This document shows positions 1-14,500 of a stretch of DNA of 64,000 bases, piece by piece (within the stretch, counting starts at the first letter, position 1; every line of letters begins with the position of its first letter). The notes beneath the pieces are model-generated. The model had not been told where the DNA came from and ran no database searches. It worked only from the letters and a program-made list of their open reading frames with translations. The stretch lies in the NCBI RefSeq assembly GCF_902713615.1, contig NC_052175.1:7023941-7087940 (forward strand), in the 5' to 3' direction. A program made the translations under genes and the position numbers. Source of the stretch: Scyliorhinus canicula. Its lineage: Eukaryota.

Positions 1-228
1 TGGGATTCCTTTGGGTACTCCGGTTTCCTCCCACAGTCCAAAGACATGCAGGTTAGGTGGATTGGCCATGCTAAATTGCCCTTAGTGTCCAAAATTGTCC
101 TTCGTGTTGGGTTGGGTTATGGGGATAGGGTGGAGGTGTTGACCTTGGGTAGGATGCTCTTTCCAAGAGCCGGTGCACACTCGATGGGCCGAATGGCCCC
201 CTTCCGCACTGTAAATTCTATGTATTAA
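1..228 (+). mobile_element. V-SINE (HE1-like) 3' part
   Basis: GGTTTCCTCCCACAGTCCAAAGA V-domain core and TGTAAATTCTATG tail, shared with many copies in the window. Confidence 0.85.
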
Positions 229-235
229 TTAACCA

Positions 236-1108
236 ATACTCTATCCATGCTACTAATTAATGCCATGCATCTTTATCTTAAGCAGCAAACCATTTGTGTG
301 GCACCTTGTCAATGCTTTCTGGAAATCCAGATATACCACATCCATTGGCTCCCCGTTATATACTGCACTGGTAATGTCCTCAAAAAATTCCACTAAATTA
401 GTTTGGCACGACCTGCCCCATGTCTGCCCAATGGGACAATTTCTATCCAGATGCCACGCTATTTCTGCCTTGATGATAGATTCCATCATCTTCCCTACTA
501 CCGAAGTGAAGCAAACTGGCCTATAATTTCCTCCTTTCTGCCTACCTCCTTTTTTAAACAGACGTTTGCTGATTTCCAATCCATCAGGACCATCCCAGAG
601 TCTAGTGAATTTTGGTAAATCATCATTAGTGCATCTGCAATTTCCCTAGCCATCTCTTTTAGCACTCTGGGGTGCATTCCACCAGAGCAAGGAGACTTGT
701 CTACCTTCAGCCCCATTAGCTTGCCCATCACTAGTGATAACAATCCTCTCAAGGTCCTCACCTGTCATAGCCTCATTTGTATTCGTCGATGGCATGTTAT
801 TTGCGTCTTCCACTGTGAAGACCGACCCGAAAAACCTGTTCAGTTCCTTAGCCATTTCCTCATCTCCATTATTAAAACTCTCTTCTCATCCTCTAAAGGG
901 CCAATATTTACCTTAGCCACTCTTTTTTGTTTTATATATTTGTAAAAACTTTTACTGTCTGTTTTTGTATTCTGAGTAAGTTTACTCTCATACTCTATAT
1001 TTCTCTTCTTTATAGCTTGTTTAATAGCTTTCTGTTGCCCCCTAAAGGTTTCCCAGTTCTCTAGTCTCCCACCAATCTTTGCCACTTTATATGCTTTTTC
1101 CGTCAATT
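236..1108 (-). mobile_element. CR1-clade LINE ORF2 (RT) fragment, decayed
   Basis: ORFs 253..579 (GNYRPVCFTSVVGKMMES, DVVYLDFQKA), 498..761, 840..1106. Confidence 0.9.
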
Positions 1109-1109
1109 G

Positions 1110-1268
1110 AAATTAAATTAAATGAAAATCGCTTATTGTCACGAGTAGGCTTCAATGAAGTTACTGTGAAAAGCCCCTAGTCGCCACATTCCGGCCTGTT
1201 CGGGGAGGCTGACCTGCTTCGTCTGCTTTTAAAGCCAGCAATATAGCCTGGTGAGCTAAACCAGCCCC
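1110..1268 (-). mobile_element. Short tRNA-like-head SINE with (CATTT)n-type tail, inserted in the CR1
   Basis: GGGGCTGGTTTAGCTC head; GGAATGTGGCGACTAGGGGCTTTTCACAGTAACTTCATTGAAGCCTACTCGTGACAATAAGCG 3' part; CAATT on both flanks. Confidence 0.8.
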
Positions 1269-1950
1269 AATTTGATACTCTCCCTTATTTCCTTAGCGAT
1301 CCACGGTCGACTTTACCTCTTTCTACCGTCCTTCCTTTTTGTGGGTATAAACCTTTGCTGAGCACTGTGAAAAATCGCTTGGAAGGTTTTCCACTGTTCC
1401 TGAACTGTTCCACCATAAAGTATTTGCTCCCAGTCTACCTTAGCTAGTTCTTCTCTCATCCCATTGTAATCTCCTTTGTTTAAACACAGAACACTAGTAT
1501 TTGATTTTACTTTCTCACACGCCATGTGTATTTTAAATTCCACCATATTGTGATCGCTCCTTCCGATAGGATCCCTATCTATGAGATCATGAATAATAGT
1601 CTGCCTTCTTGTTTTTGGTACCAAAGTGGATCATCTCACATTTATCCAAATTATACTGCATCTGTCATTCATTTACTCACTCACTCAAATTGTAAAATCA
1701 CGCTGAAGGATTTCTGCATCCTCCTCACAGCTCACCCTCCCACCCAGCTTGGTCTCATCTGCAAATTTGAAGATATTACGTTGTGTTCACGCATCTAAAA
1801 TCATTACCATATGTTGTGAATAGCTGGTGTCCTGCCAGCAATCCCTGTGCTACCTCACTAGTCACTGCCAGACAATTTGAAAAATACCTATTAATTTGTA
1901 CACTTTTTTTCTTGTCTGCAAACCAAATTCGCATTAATTTTACACAATGA
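1269..1950 (-). mobile_element. CR1 endonuclease-region and RT fragments
   Basis: ORF 1313..1624 (PIGRSDHNMVEF...KGDYNGMREELAKVDWE); ORF 1776..2159 tail (NCLAVTSEVAQG). Confidence 0.8.
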
Positions 1951-2507
1951 TCTCTTATGCTGGACTTTGTCGCAAACTTTCCCGTGGGGCTGGCTGGATA
2001 GGTAACATGAGCAGTTATCCGCCCCATGTTGTTGTGAGAGTTCTTTCGAAACATCAATATTTCCCTTCCCAACAGCAGTCCCGAATCAGAAATAGAGTTT
2101 CCCAACCTGGAGACGGATCTCAAATTCCTGCAAACTCCGCCATGACCCCACTTCGGCATTTGTCGGCCTGTTCACACAGAATCTGTTTTTAGCGCAAACT
2201 GCAGCAATCTCACAATCTCTGGAAGTTTGCAAGATGTAAAAGCAGCCACGCCCCCTGGTCTGGGGAGCCCATCAACATTAATCCAGCATCGCCTGTCTTG
2301 TGCGACCTGCTCATGTGCAACTGGCTGATTAACGGCCTAATCTCAATCCAGTGGAAGAGGATCGATGGGGGAACGGAGCCCAACAGACCAGGTGAATAGA
2401 GTTTCTATGCTTATGTAACATGTTCCACACTCGATTAGCCCAAAAGTGACAGGCTTCGAGGCACCTATCACCATTCAATTGCCTTCTGATCCAGATCTCT
2501 TTGATTT

Positions 2508-5500
2508 TGCCCTCACTGATCATCCCTGCCCTCACTGATCCTTCCCACACAGATCCTGCCGTCTCTGATCCTGCCCTCACTGATCCTGCCCTCACTGATC
2601 CTGCCCTCAATGATCCTGCCCTCACATCCTGCCCTCACTGATCCTGCCCTCACTGATCCTGCCCTCACTGATCCTTCCCACACAGATCCTGCCCTCACTG
2701 ATCCTGCCCTCACTGATCCTCCCTGCCCTCACTGACTCTGCCCTCACTGATTCTGCCCTCACTGACTCTGCCCTCACTGATCCTGCCCTCACTGACCCTG
2801 CCCTCACTGATCCTCCCTGCCCTCACTGATCCTGCCCTCACTGATCCTCCCTGCCCTCACTGATCCTGCCCTCACTGATCCTGCCCTCACTGATCCTGCC
2901 CTCACTGATTCTGCCCTCACTGATCCTGCCCTCACTGATCCTGCCCTCACTGATCCTGCCCTCACTGATCCTGCCCTCACTGATCCTGCCCTCACTGATC
3001 CTGCCCTCACTGATCCTGCCCTCACTGGTCCTGCCCTCACTGACACTGCCCACACTGACCCTGCCCTCACTCATCCTGCCCTCACTCATCCTGCCCTCAC
3101 TCATCCTGCCCTCACTCATCCTGCCTTCACTGATCCTGCGCTTACTGCTCCTGCCCTCACTCATCCTGCCCTCACTGACTCTGCCCTCACTGATCCTGCC
3201 ATCACTGATCCTGCCCTCACTGACTCTGCACTCACTGATCCTGCCCTCACTGATCCTGCCCACACTGACCCTGCCCTCACTGATCCTGCCATCACTGATC
3301 CAGCCCTCACTGATCCTGCCCACACTGATCCTGCCCTCACTGACTCTGCACTCACTGATTCTGCCCTCACTGATCCTGCCCTCACTGATCCTGCCCTCAC
3401 TAATCCTGCCCTCACTGATCCTGCCCTCACTCATCCTGCCCTCACTGACTCTGCACTCACTGATTCTGCCCTCAATGACCCTGCTCTCATTGATCCTGCC
3501 CTCTCAGATCCTGCCCTCAGTGATCCTCCCTGCCATCAATGATCCTGCCCTCACTCATCCTGCCCTAACTCATCATGTCCTCATTGATCCTGCCCTCACT
3601 CACTCTGCCCCCACTGATCCTGCCCTCACTGATCCTGCCCTCACTCACTCTGCCCTCACTGATCCTGCCCTCACTCATCCTACACTCACTGATCCTACCC
3701 TCACTCACTCTGCACTCACTGATCCTGCCCTCACTCACTCTGCCCTCACTGATCCTGCCCTCAATGAACATGATCTCACTGATCCTGCCCTCACTGATCC
3801 TGCCCTCACTGATCCTGCCCACACTCTGCCCTCACTGATCATGCCCTCGCTGATCCTGCCCTCACTGACCCTGCCCTCACTGATCCTGCCCCCACTGATC
3901 CTGCTCTCACTGATCCTCCCCTCACTGATCCTGCCCTCACTGAGCATGCCCTCTCTGATCCTGCCCTCGCTGATCATGCCCTCACTCTGCTCTCACAGAC
4001 CCTGCCCTTTCTGATTCTACCCTCACTGATCCTGCCCTCACTGATCCTGCCCTTACTGATCCTGCCCTCACTGATCCTGCCCTCACTGATCCTGCCCTCA
4101 TTGATCCTGCCCTCACTGACCCTGCCCTCACTGATCCTGCCCTCACTGATCCTGCCCTCACTGATCCTGCCCTCACTGATCCTGCCCTCACTGACTCTGC
4201 CCTCACTGACCCTGCCCTCACTGACTCTGCCTCACTGATCCTGTCCTCATTGATCCTGCCCTCACTGATTCTGCCCTCACTGATCCTGCCCTCACTGATC
4301 CTGCCCTCACTGATCCTGCCCTCACTCACTCTGCCCTCACTGATCCTGCCCTAACTGATCCTACCCTCACTAATCCTGCCCTCACTGATCCTCCCTGCCC
4401 TCACTGATCCTGCCCCCACTGATCCTCCCTGCCCTCACTAATCCTGCCCTCACTGATCCTCCCTGCCCTCACTGATCCTCCCTGCCCTCACTGATCCTCC
4501 CTGCCCTCACTGACCCTGCCCTCACTGACCCTGCCCTCACTGACTCTGCCCTCACTGATCCTGCCCTCACTCATCCTGCCCTCACTCATCCTGCCCTCAC
4601 TCATCCTGCCTTCACTGATCCTGCGCTTACTGCTCCTGCCATCACTGGCTCTGCGCTCACTGACTCTGCGCTCACTGACTCTGCACTCACTGATCCTGCC
4701 CTCACTGACCTGCCCTCACTGACTCTGCACTCACTGATCCTGCCCTCACTGATCCTGCCCTCACTGACCCTGCCCTCTCTGATCCAGCCCTCACTGATCC
4801 TGCCCTCACTGACTCTGCACTCACTGATCCTGCCCTCACTCATCCTGCCCTCACTGACTCTGCCCTCTCTGATCCTGCCATCACTGATCCTGCCCTCAAT
4901 GATCCTGCCCTCACTGACTCTGCACTCACTGATCCTGCCCTCACTGATCCTGCCCACACTGACCCTGCCCTCACTGATCCTGCCATCACTGATCCAGCCC
5001 TCACTGATCCTGCCCACACTGATCCTGCCCTCACTGACTCTGCACTCACTGATCCAGCCCTCACTGATTCTGCCCTCACTGATCCTGCCCTCACTGATCC
5101 TGCCCTCACTAATCCTGCCCTCACTGACCCTGCCCTCAATGACCCTGCTCTCATTGATCCTGCCCTCTCAGATCCTGCCCTCAGTGATCCTCCCTGCCAT
5201 CAATGATCCTGCCCTCACTCATCCTGCCCTAACTCATCATGTCCTCATTGATCCTGCCCTCACTCACTCTGCCCTCACTGATCCTGCCCTCACTGATCCT
5301 GCCCTCACTCACTCTGCCCTCACTGATCCTGCCCTCACTCATCCTACACTCACTGATCCTACCCTCACTCACTCTGCACTCACTGATCCTGCCCTCACTC
5401 ACTCTGCCCTCACTGATCCTGCCCTCAATGAACATGATCTCACTGATCCTGCCCTCACTGATCCTGCCCTCACTGATCCTGCCCACACTCTGCCCTCACT

Positions 5501-8500
5501 GATCTTGCCCTCGCTGATCCTGCCCTCACTGACCCTGCCCTCACTGATCCTGCCCCCACTGATCCTGCTCTCACTGATCCTCCCCTCACTGATCCTGCCT
5601 TCACTGATCCTGCCCTCACTGAGCATGCCCTCTCTGATCCTGCCCTCGCTGATCCTGCCCTCACTCACTCTGCTCTCACAGACCCTGCCCTTTCTGATTC
5701 TACCCTCACTGATCCTGCCCTCACTGATCCTGCCCTAACTGATCCTGCCCTCACTGATCCTGCCCTCACTCATCCTGCACTCACTGACTCTGCACTCACT
5801 GATCCTGCCCTCACTGATCCTGCCATCACTGATCCTGCCCTCACTGACTCTGCACTCACTGATCCTGCCCTCACTGACTCTGCCTCACTGATCCTGTCCT
5901 CATTGATCCTGCCCTCGCTGCTCCTGCCCTCACTCACTCTGCCCTCACTGACCCTGCCCTCACTGATCCTGCCCTCACTGACTCTAGCCTCACTGACCAT
6001 GCCTTCAGTGATCCTGCCCTCACTGATCCTGCCCTCAATGATCCAGCCCTCACTCATCCTGACCTCACTCATCCTGCCCTCACTGACTCTGGCCTCACTG
6101 ATCCTGCCCTCGTTGATCCTGCCCACACTGCTCCTACACTCACTAATCCTGCCCTCACTCATCCTGCCCTCACTCATCCTGCACTCACCAATCCTGCCCT
6201 CACTGATCCTGCCCTCACTCATCCTGCCCGCACTCATTCACCCCTCATTGATCATGCCCACACTGATCGTGCCCTCACTGTCCCTGGCTGCCCTCACTGA
6301 CCCTGGCCTCACTGACTCTGCCCTCACTGATTCTGCTCATACTGATCCTGGCCTCACTGATCCTGCCCCCACTGACCCTGCCCTCACTCATCCTGCCCCC
6401 ACTGACTCTGCCTTCACACATCATGCCCTCACTCATCCTGCCCTCAATCATCCTGCCCTCACTCCATCTGCCCTCACTGACACTGCCCTCACTGACACTG
6501 CCCTCACTCATCCTGCCATCACTCATCCTGCCCTCACAGATCCTGCCATCACTGACCCTGCCTTCACTGCTCCTGCCAACACTCATCCTGTCCTCACTCA
6601 TAGTGCTCTCAGTCAGCCTGCGCACACTGATCCTGCCCTCACTGATCCTGCCCACACAGATCCTGCCCTCACTGATCCTGCCCTCACTGATCCTACCCTC
6701 ACTCATCGTGCTCACAATCAGCCTGCCCACACTGATCCTGCCGTCACTGATCCTGCCCACACTGATCCTGCCCTAACTGATCCTGCCCTCACTGATCCTG
6801 CCCTCACTGATCCTGCCGTAACTGATCCTGCCCTCACTGATCCTGCCCTCACTGATCCTGCCGTAACTGATCCTGCCCTTACTGATCCTGCCCACACTGA
6901 TCCTGCCCACACTGATCCTGCCCTTACTGATCCTGCCCACACTGATCCTCGCCTCACTGATCCTGCCCTCACTGATCCTGCCCTCACTGATCCTGCCCTC
7001 ACTGACTCTGCCCTCACTGATCCTGCCCTCACTGATCCTGCCCTCTCTGATCCTGCCCTCACTGATCCTCGCCTCATTGATCCTGCCCTCACTGATCCTG
7101 CCCTCACTGACTCTGCCCTCACTCATCCTTCCCACACAGATCCTGCCCTCTCTGATCCTGCCCTCACTGATCCTGCCCTCACTGATCCTGCCCTCACTGA
7201 CTCTGCCCTCACTGACTCTGCACTCACTGATCCTGCCCTCTCTGATCCTGCCCTCACTGATCCTGCCCTCACTGATCCTGCCTTCACTGATCCTGCCCTC
7301 ACTGATCCTCGCCTCACGGATCCTGCCCTCACTGATCCTGCCCTCACTGATCCGGCCCTCACTGATCCTGCCCTCACTGATCCTGCCCTCACTGATCCTG
7401 CCCTCACTGACCCTGTCCTCACTGATCCTGCACTCACTGATCCTGCCCTCACTGACTCTGCCCTCACTGACTCTGCACTCACTGATCCTGCACTCACTGA
7501 TCCTGCCCTCACTGATCCTGCCCTCACTGATCCGGCCCTCACTGATCCTGCCCTCACTGATCCTCGCCTCACTGACCCTGCCCTCACTGATCCTGCCCTC
7601 ACTGATCCTGCCCTCACTGACTCTGCCCTCACTGATCCTGCCCTCACTGATCCTGCCCTCACTGATCCTCGCCTCAATGACCCTGCCCTCACTGATCCTG
7701 CCCTCACTAATCCTGCCCTCACTGATCCTGCCCTCAATGACCCTGCTCTCATTGATCCTACCCTCACTGATCCTGCCCTCACTGACCCTGCTCTCACTAA
7801 TCCTGCCCTCACTGAAACTGCCCTCAATGACCCTGCTCTCATTGATCCTGCCCTCACTGATCCTGCACTCACTGATCCTCGCCTCACTGATCCTGCCCTC
7901 ACTCATCCCGCCCTCACTCATCCTGCCCTCAATGATCCTGCCCTCATTGATCCTTCCCACTGACTCTGCCCTCACTGATCCTGCCCTCACTGATCCTGCC
8001 CTCACTGATCCTGCCCTCACTGACCCTGCCCTCACTGATCCTGCCCTCACTGATCCTGCCCTCACTGATCCTGCCCTCACTGATCCTGCCCTCACTGACC
8101 CTGCCCTCACTGATCCTGCCCTCACTGATCCTGCCCTCACTGATCCTGCCCTCACTGATCCTGTTCTCACTCATCCTGCCAACACTGATCCTGCCCTCAC
8201 TGATCCTGCCCTCACTGACCCTGCCCTCACTGACCCTGCCCTCACTGATCCTGCCCTCACTGATCCTGCCCTCACTGATCCTGCCCTCACTGACTCTGCC
8301 CTCGCTGACTCTGCCCTCAGTGATCCTGCCCTCACTGACTCTGCCCTCACTGACCCTGCCCTCACTGACCCTGCCCTCACTGATCCTGCCCTCACTGATC
8401 CTGCCCTCACTGATCCTGCCCTCACTGATCCTGCCCTCACTGATCCTGCCCTCACTGATCCTGCCCTCACTGATCCTGCCCTCACTGATCCTGCCCTCAC

Positions 8501-11500
8501 TGACCCTGCCCTCACTGATCCTGCCCTCACTGATCCTGCACTCACTGATCCTCGCCTCATTGATCCTGCCCTCACTGATCCTGCCCTCACTGATCCTGCC
8601 CTCACTGATCCTCCCCTCACTCATCCCGCCCTCACTCATCCTGCACTCAATGACCCTGCCCTCACTGATCCTGCCCTCACTGATCCTGCCCTCACTGACT
8701 CTGCCCTCACTGACTCTGCCCTCACTGACCCTGCCCTCACTGATCCTGCCCTCACTGATCCTGCCCTCACTGATCCAGCCCTCACTGATCCTGCCCTCAC
8801 TGATCCTGCCCTCACTGATCCTGCCCTCACTGACTCTGCCCTCACTGACTCTGCCCTCACTGACCCTGCCCTCACTGATCCTGTTCTCACTCATCCTGCC
8901 CTCACTGATCCTGCCCTCACTGACTCTGCCCTCACTGATCCTGCCCTCACTGATCCTGCCCTCACTGATCCTGCCCTCACTGACCCTGCCCTCACTGATC
9001 CTGACATCACTGATCCTGCCCTCACTGATCCTGCCCTCACTGATCCTGCCCTCACTGATCCTGCCCTCTCTGATCCTGCCCTCACTGATTCTGCCCTCAC
9101 TGATCCTGCCCTCACTGATCCTGCCCTCACTGACTCTGCCCTCACTGATCCTGCCCTCACTGATCCGGCCCTCACTGACTCTGCACTCACTGATCCTGCC
9201 CTCACTGATCCTGCCCTCACTGACTCTGCCCTCACTGACTCTGCCCTCACTGATCCTGCTCTCACTGATCCTGCCCTCACTGACTCTGCCCTCACTGACT
9301 CTGCCCTCACTGACCCTGCCCTCACTGATCCTGCCCTCACTGATCCTGCCCTCACTGATCCAGCCCTCACTGATCCTGCCCTCACTGATCCTGCCCTCAC
9401 TGATCCTGCCCTCACTGACTCTGCCCTCACTGACCCTGCCCTCACTGATCCTGTTCTCACTCATCCTGCCCTCACTGATCCTGCCCTCACTGACTCTGCC
9501 CTCACTGATCCTGCCCTCACTGATCCTGCCCTCACTGATCCTGCCCTCACTGACCCTGCCCTCACTGATCCTGACATCACTGATCCTGCCCTCACTGATC
9601 CTGCCCTCACTGATCCTGCCCTCACTGATCCTGCCCTCTCTGATCCTGCCCTCACTGATCCTGCCCTCACTGATCCAGCCCTCACTGATCCTGCCCTCAC
9701 TGACTCTGCCCTCACTGATCCTGCCCTCACTGATCCGGCCCTCACTGACTCTGCACTCACTGATCCTGCCCTCACTGATCCTGCCCTCTCTGATCCTGCC
9801 CTCACTGATCCTGCCCACACTGACCCTGCCCTCACTGATCCTGCCCTCACTGATCCTGCCCTCACTGATCCTGCCCTCACTGACCCTGCCCTCACTGATC
9901 CTGCCCTCACTGATCCTGCCCTCACTGATCCTGCCCTCACTGATCCTGCCCTCACGGATCCTGTTCTCACTCATCCTGCCAACACTGACTCTGCCCTCAC
10001 TGATCCTGTTCTCACTCATCCTGCCCTCACTGATCCTGCCCTCACTGACTCTGCCCTCACTGATCCTGCCCTCACTGATCCTGCCCTCACTCACCCTGCC
10101 CTCACTGACTCTGCCCTCACTGATCCTGCCCTCACTGATCCTGCCCTCACTGACCCTGCCCTCACTGATCCTGACATCACTGATCCTGCCCTCACTGATC
10201 CTGCCCTCACTGATCCTGCCCTCACTGATCCTGCCCTCTCTGATCCTGCCCTCAATGACCCTGCCCTCACTGATCCTGCCCTCTCAGATCCTGCCCTCAA
10301 TGATCCTGCCCTCACTGACACTGCCCTCACTGACCCTACCCTCACTGATCCTGCCCTCACTGATCCTGCCCTCACTGATCCTCGCCTCATTGATCCTGCC
10401 CTCACTGATCCTGCCCTGACTGATCCTGCCCTCACTGATCCTGCCCTCACTGATCCTCCCCTCACTCATCCCGCCCTCACTCATCCTGCCCTCAATGACC
10501 CTGCCCTCACTGATCCTGCCCTCAATGATCCTGCCCTCATTTATCCTGCCCTCACATTCTCTGCCCTCACATTCTCTGCCCTCACTGATCCTGAACACAA
10601 TGGATCTGATCTCACTGATCCTGCCCTCACTGATCCTGCCCTCACTGATCCTGCCCTCACTGATCCTGCCCTCACTGATCCTGCCCTCACTGATCCTACC
10701 CTCACTGATCCTGCCCTCACTGATCCTGCCCTCACTGATCCTGCCCTCACTGATCCTGCCTCACTGATCCTGCCCTCACTGACTCTGCCTCCTGACCTGC
10801 CCTCACTGATCCTGCCCTCACTGATCCGGCCTCACTGACTGTTCTAATCCTGCCAACACTGATCGTGCCCTCACTGATCCTTGCCTCACTGATCCTGCCC
10901 TCACGATTCTGCCTCACTGATCCTGCCCTCACGACNNNNNNNNNNNNNNNNNNNNNNNNNNNNNNNNNNNNNNNNNNNNNNNNNNNNNNNNNNNNNNNNN
11001 NNNNNNNNNNNNNNNNNNNNNNNNNNNNNNNNNNNNNNNNNNNNNNNNNNNNNACTGATCCTGCCCTCACTGATCCTGCCCTCACTGACCTTGCCCTCAC
11101 TGATCCTGCCCTCTCTGATCCTGCCCTCACTGATCCTGACCTCACTCACTCTGCCCTCACTGATCCTGCCCTCACTGATCCTGCCCTCTCTGATCCTGCC
11201 CTCGCTGATCCTGCCCTCACTGATCCTGCCCTCACTGATCCTGCCCTCACTGACCCTGCACACACTACCTGCCATCACTGATCCTGCCCTCACTGATCCT
11301 GACCTCACTCACTCTGCCCTCACTGATCCTGCCCTCACTGACCCTGCCCTCTCTGATCCTGCCCTCGCTGATCCTGCCCTCACTGATCCTGCCCTCACTG
11401 ATCCTGCCCTCGCTGATCCTGCCCTCACTGATCCTGCCCTCACTGATCCTGCCATCAATGATCCTGCCCTCACTGACTCTGCCCTCACTGATCCTGCCCT

Positions 11501-14500
11501 CACTGATCCTGCCCTCACTGATCCTGCTCTCACACTCTGCCCTCACTCACTCTGCCCTCACTGATCCTGCCCTCACTGATCCTCGCCTCACTGATCCTGC
11601 ACTCACTCACTCTGACCTCACTCATCCTGCCCTCACTCATCCTGCCCTCACTCATCCTTCCCTCACTCATCCTGCCCTCACTCATCCTGCCCTCACTGAT
11701 CCTGACCTCATAAATCCTGCCCTCACTGATCCTGCCCTCACTGATCCTGCCCTCACTGATCCTGCCCTCACTGACCATACCCTCACTTTCTCTGTCCTCA
11801 CTGATCCTGACCACAATGAATCTGATCTCACTGATCCTGCACTCACTCTGCCCTCACTGATCCTGCCCTCACTGATCCTGCCCTCACTGATCCTGCACTC
11901 ACTCTGCCCTCACTGATCCTGCCCTCACTGATCCTGCCCTCACTGATCCTGCCCTCACTGATCCTGCCCTCACTGATCCTGCTCTCACTGACTCTGCCCT
12001 CACTGATCCTGCCCTAACTGATCCTGCCCTCACTGACTCTGCCCTCACTGACCCTGCCCTCACTGATCCTGCCATCACTGATCCTGCCCTCACTGATCCT
12101 GCCCTCACTGATCCTGCCCTCAATGATCCTGACCTCACTGATCCTGCCCTCACTGATCCTGCCCTCACTGATCCTGCCCTCACTGTTCCTACCCTCACTG
12201 ATCCTGCCCTCACTGATCCTGCCCTCACTGACTCTGCTCTCACTGATCCTGCCCAAACTGATCCTGCCCACACTGACTCTGCCCTCACTGACCATTCCTT
12301 CAGTGATCCTGCCCCCACTGATCCTGTCCTCGTTCATCCTGCCCTCAAACATCCTGCCCTCAAACATCCTGCCCTCACTCATCCTGCCCTCACTCATCCT
12401 TCCCTCACTCATCCTGCCCTCACTGATCCTGCCCTCACTGATCCTGCCCTCGCTGATCCTGCCCTCACTGATCCTGCCCTCGCTGATCCTGCCCTCACTG
12501 ATCCTGCCCTCGCTGATCCTGCCCTCACTGATCCTGCCCTCGCTGATCCTGCCCTCACTGATCCTGCCCTCACTGACCCTGACCTCGCTGATCCTGCCCT
12601 CACTGATCCTGCCCTCACTGATCCTGCCCTCACTGATCCTGCCCTCACTGATCCTGCCCTCACAGATCCAGCCCTCACTGATCCTGCCCTCATTGATCCT
12701 GCCCTCACTGCCTCTGCCCTCACTGACTCTGCCCTCACTGTTCCTGCCCTCTCTGATCCTGCCCTCTCTGACCCTGCCCTTACTGATCCTGCCATCACTG
12801 ACCCTGCCCTCACAGATCCTTCCCTCACTGATCCTGCCCTCACTCATCCTGCCCTCACTGATCCTGCACTCACTGACTCTGCCCTCACTGACTCTGCCCT
12901 CACTAATCCTGCCCTCACTGATCCTGCCCTCACTGATCCTGCCCTCACTGATCCTGCCCTCACTGACCCTGCCCTCACTGATCCTGCCCTCACTGATCTG
13001 CCCTCACTGATCCTGCCCTCACTGATCCTGCCCTCACTGACTCTGCCCTCACTGATCCTGCCCTCACTGATCCTGCCCTCACTCATCCTGCCCTCACTCA
13101 TCCTGCCCTCACTGACCTGCCCTCACTGATCCTCGCCCCACTGATTCTGCCCTCACTGACTCTGCCCTCACTGATCCTGCCCTCACTGACTCTGCCCTCA
13201 CTGACTCTGCCCTCACTGATCCTGCCCTCACTGACCCTGCCCTCACTGATCCTGCCCTCACTGATCCTGCCCTCACTGAATCTGCCCTCACTGATCCTGC
13301 CCTCGCTGATCCTGCCCTCACTGACCCTGCCCTCACTGACCCTGCCCTCACTGATCCTGCCCTCACTAATCCTGCCCTCACTGACACTGCCCTCAATGAC
13401 CCTGCCCTCACTGACCCTGCCCTCTCAGATCCTGCCCTCAATGATCCTGCCCGCACCTGCCCTCAATGACCTTGCTCTCATTGATCCTGCCCTCACTGAT
13501 CCTGCCCTCACTCACTCGCCCTCACTCATCCTGCCCACAATGAATCTGATCTCACTGACCCTGCCCTCACTGATCCTGCCCTCACTGATCCTGCCCTCAC
13601 TGATCCTACCCTCACTGACCCTGCCCTCACTGATCCTGCCCTCACTGATCCTGCCCTCACTGATCCTGCCCTCACTGATCCTACCCTCACTGATCCTGCC
13701 CTCACTGATCCTGCCCTCACTGATCCTGCCCTCACTGATCCTGCCCTCACTCATCCTGACAACACTGATCCTGCCCTCACTGATCCTGCACTCACTGATC
13801 CTGCCCTCACTGCTCCTGCCCTCACACCCTGCCCTCACTGATCCTGCCCTCACTGACCCTGCCCTCTCTGATCCGGCCCTCACTGACCCTGCCCAAACTG
13901 ATCCTGCCCACACTGATCCTGCCCACACTGACTCTGCCCTCACTGACCATTCCTTCAGAGATCCTGCCCTCACTGATCCTGTCCTCGTTCATCCTGCCCT
14001 CAAACATCCTTCCCTCACTCATCCTGCCCTCACTCATCCTGCCCTCAATGATCCTGCCTTCATTTATCCTTCCCGCACTTTCTCTGCCCTGACTGATCCT
14101 GCCATCACTGATCCTGCCCTCACTTTCTCTGCCCTCACTGATCCTGACCACAATGAATCTGATCTCACTGATCCTGCCCTCACTGATCCTGCCCTCACTG
14201 ACTCTGCACTCACTGATCCTGCCCTCACTGACTCTGCCCTCACTGACTCTGCCCTCACTGATCCTGCCCTCACAGATCCTGCCCTCACTGACCCTGCCCT
14301 CACTGACTCTGCCCTCACTGACTCTGCCCTCACTGATCCTGCCCTCACTGATCCTGCCCTCACTGATCCTGCCCTCACTGACCCTGCACTCTCTAATCCT
14401 GCCCTCACTGATCCTGCCCACACTGATCCTGCCCTCACTCATTCTGCCATCACTGATCCTGCCCTCACTGATCCTGCCCTCACTGATCCTGCCCTCACTG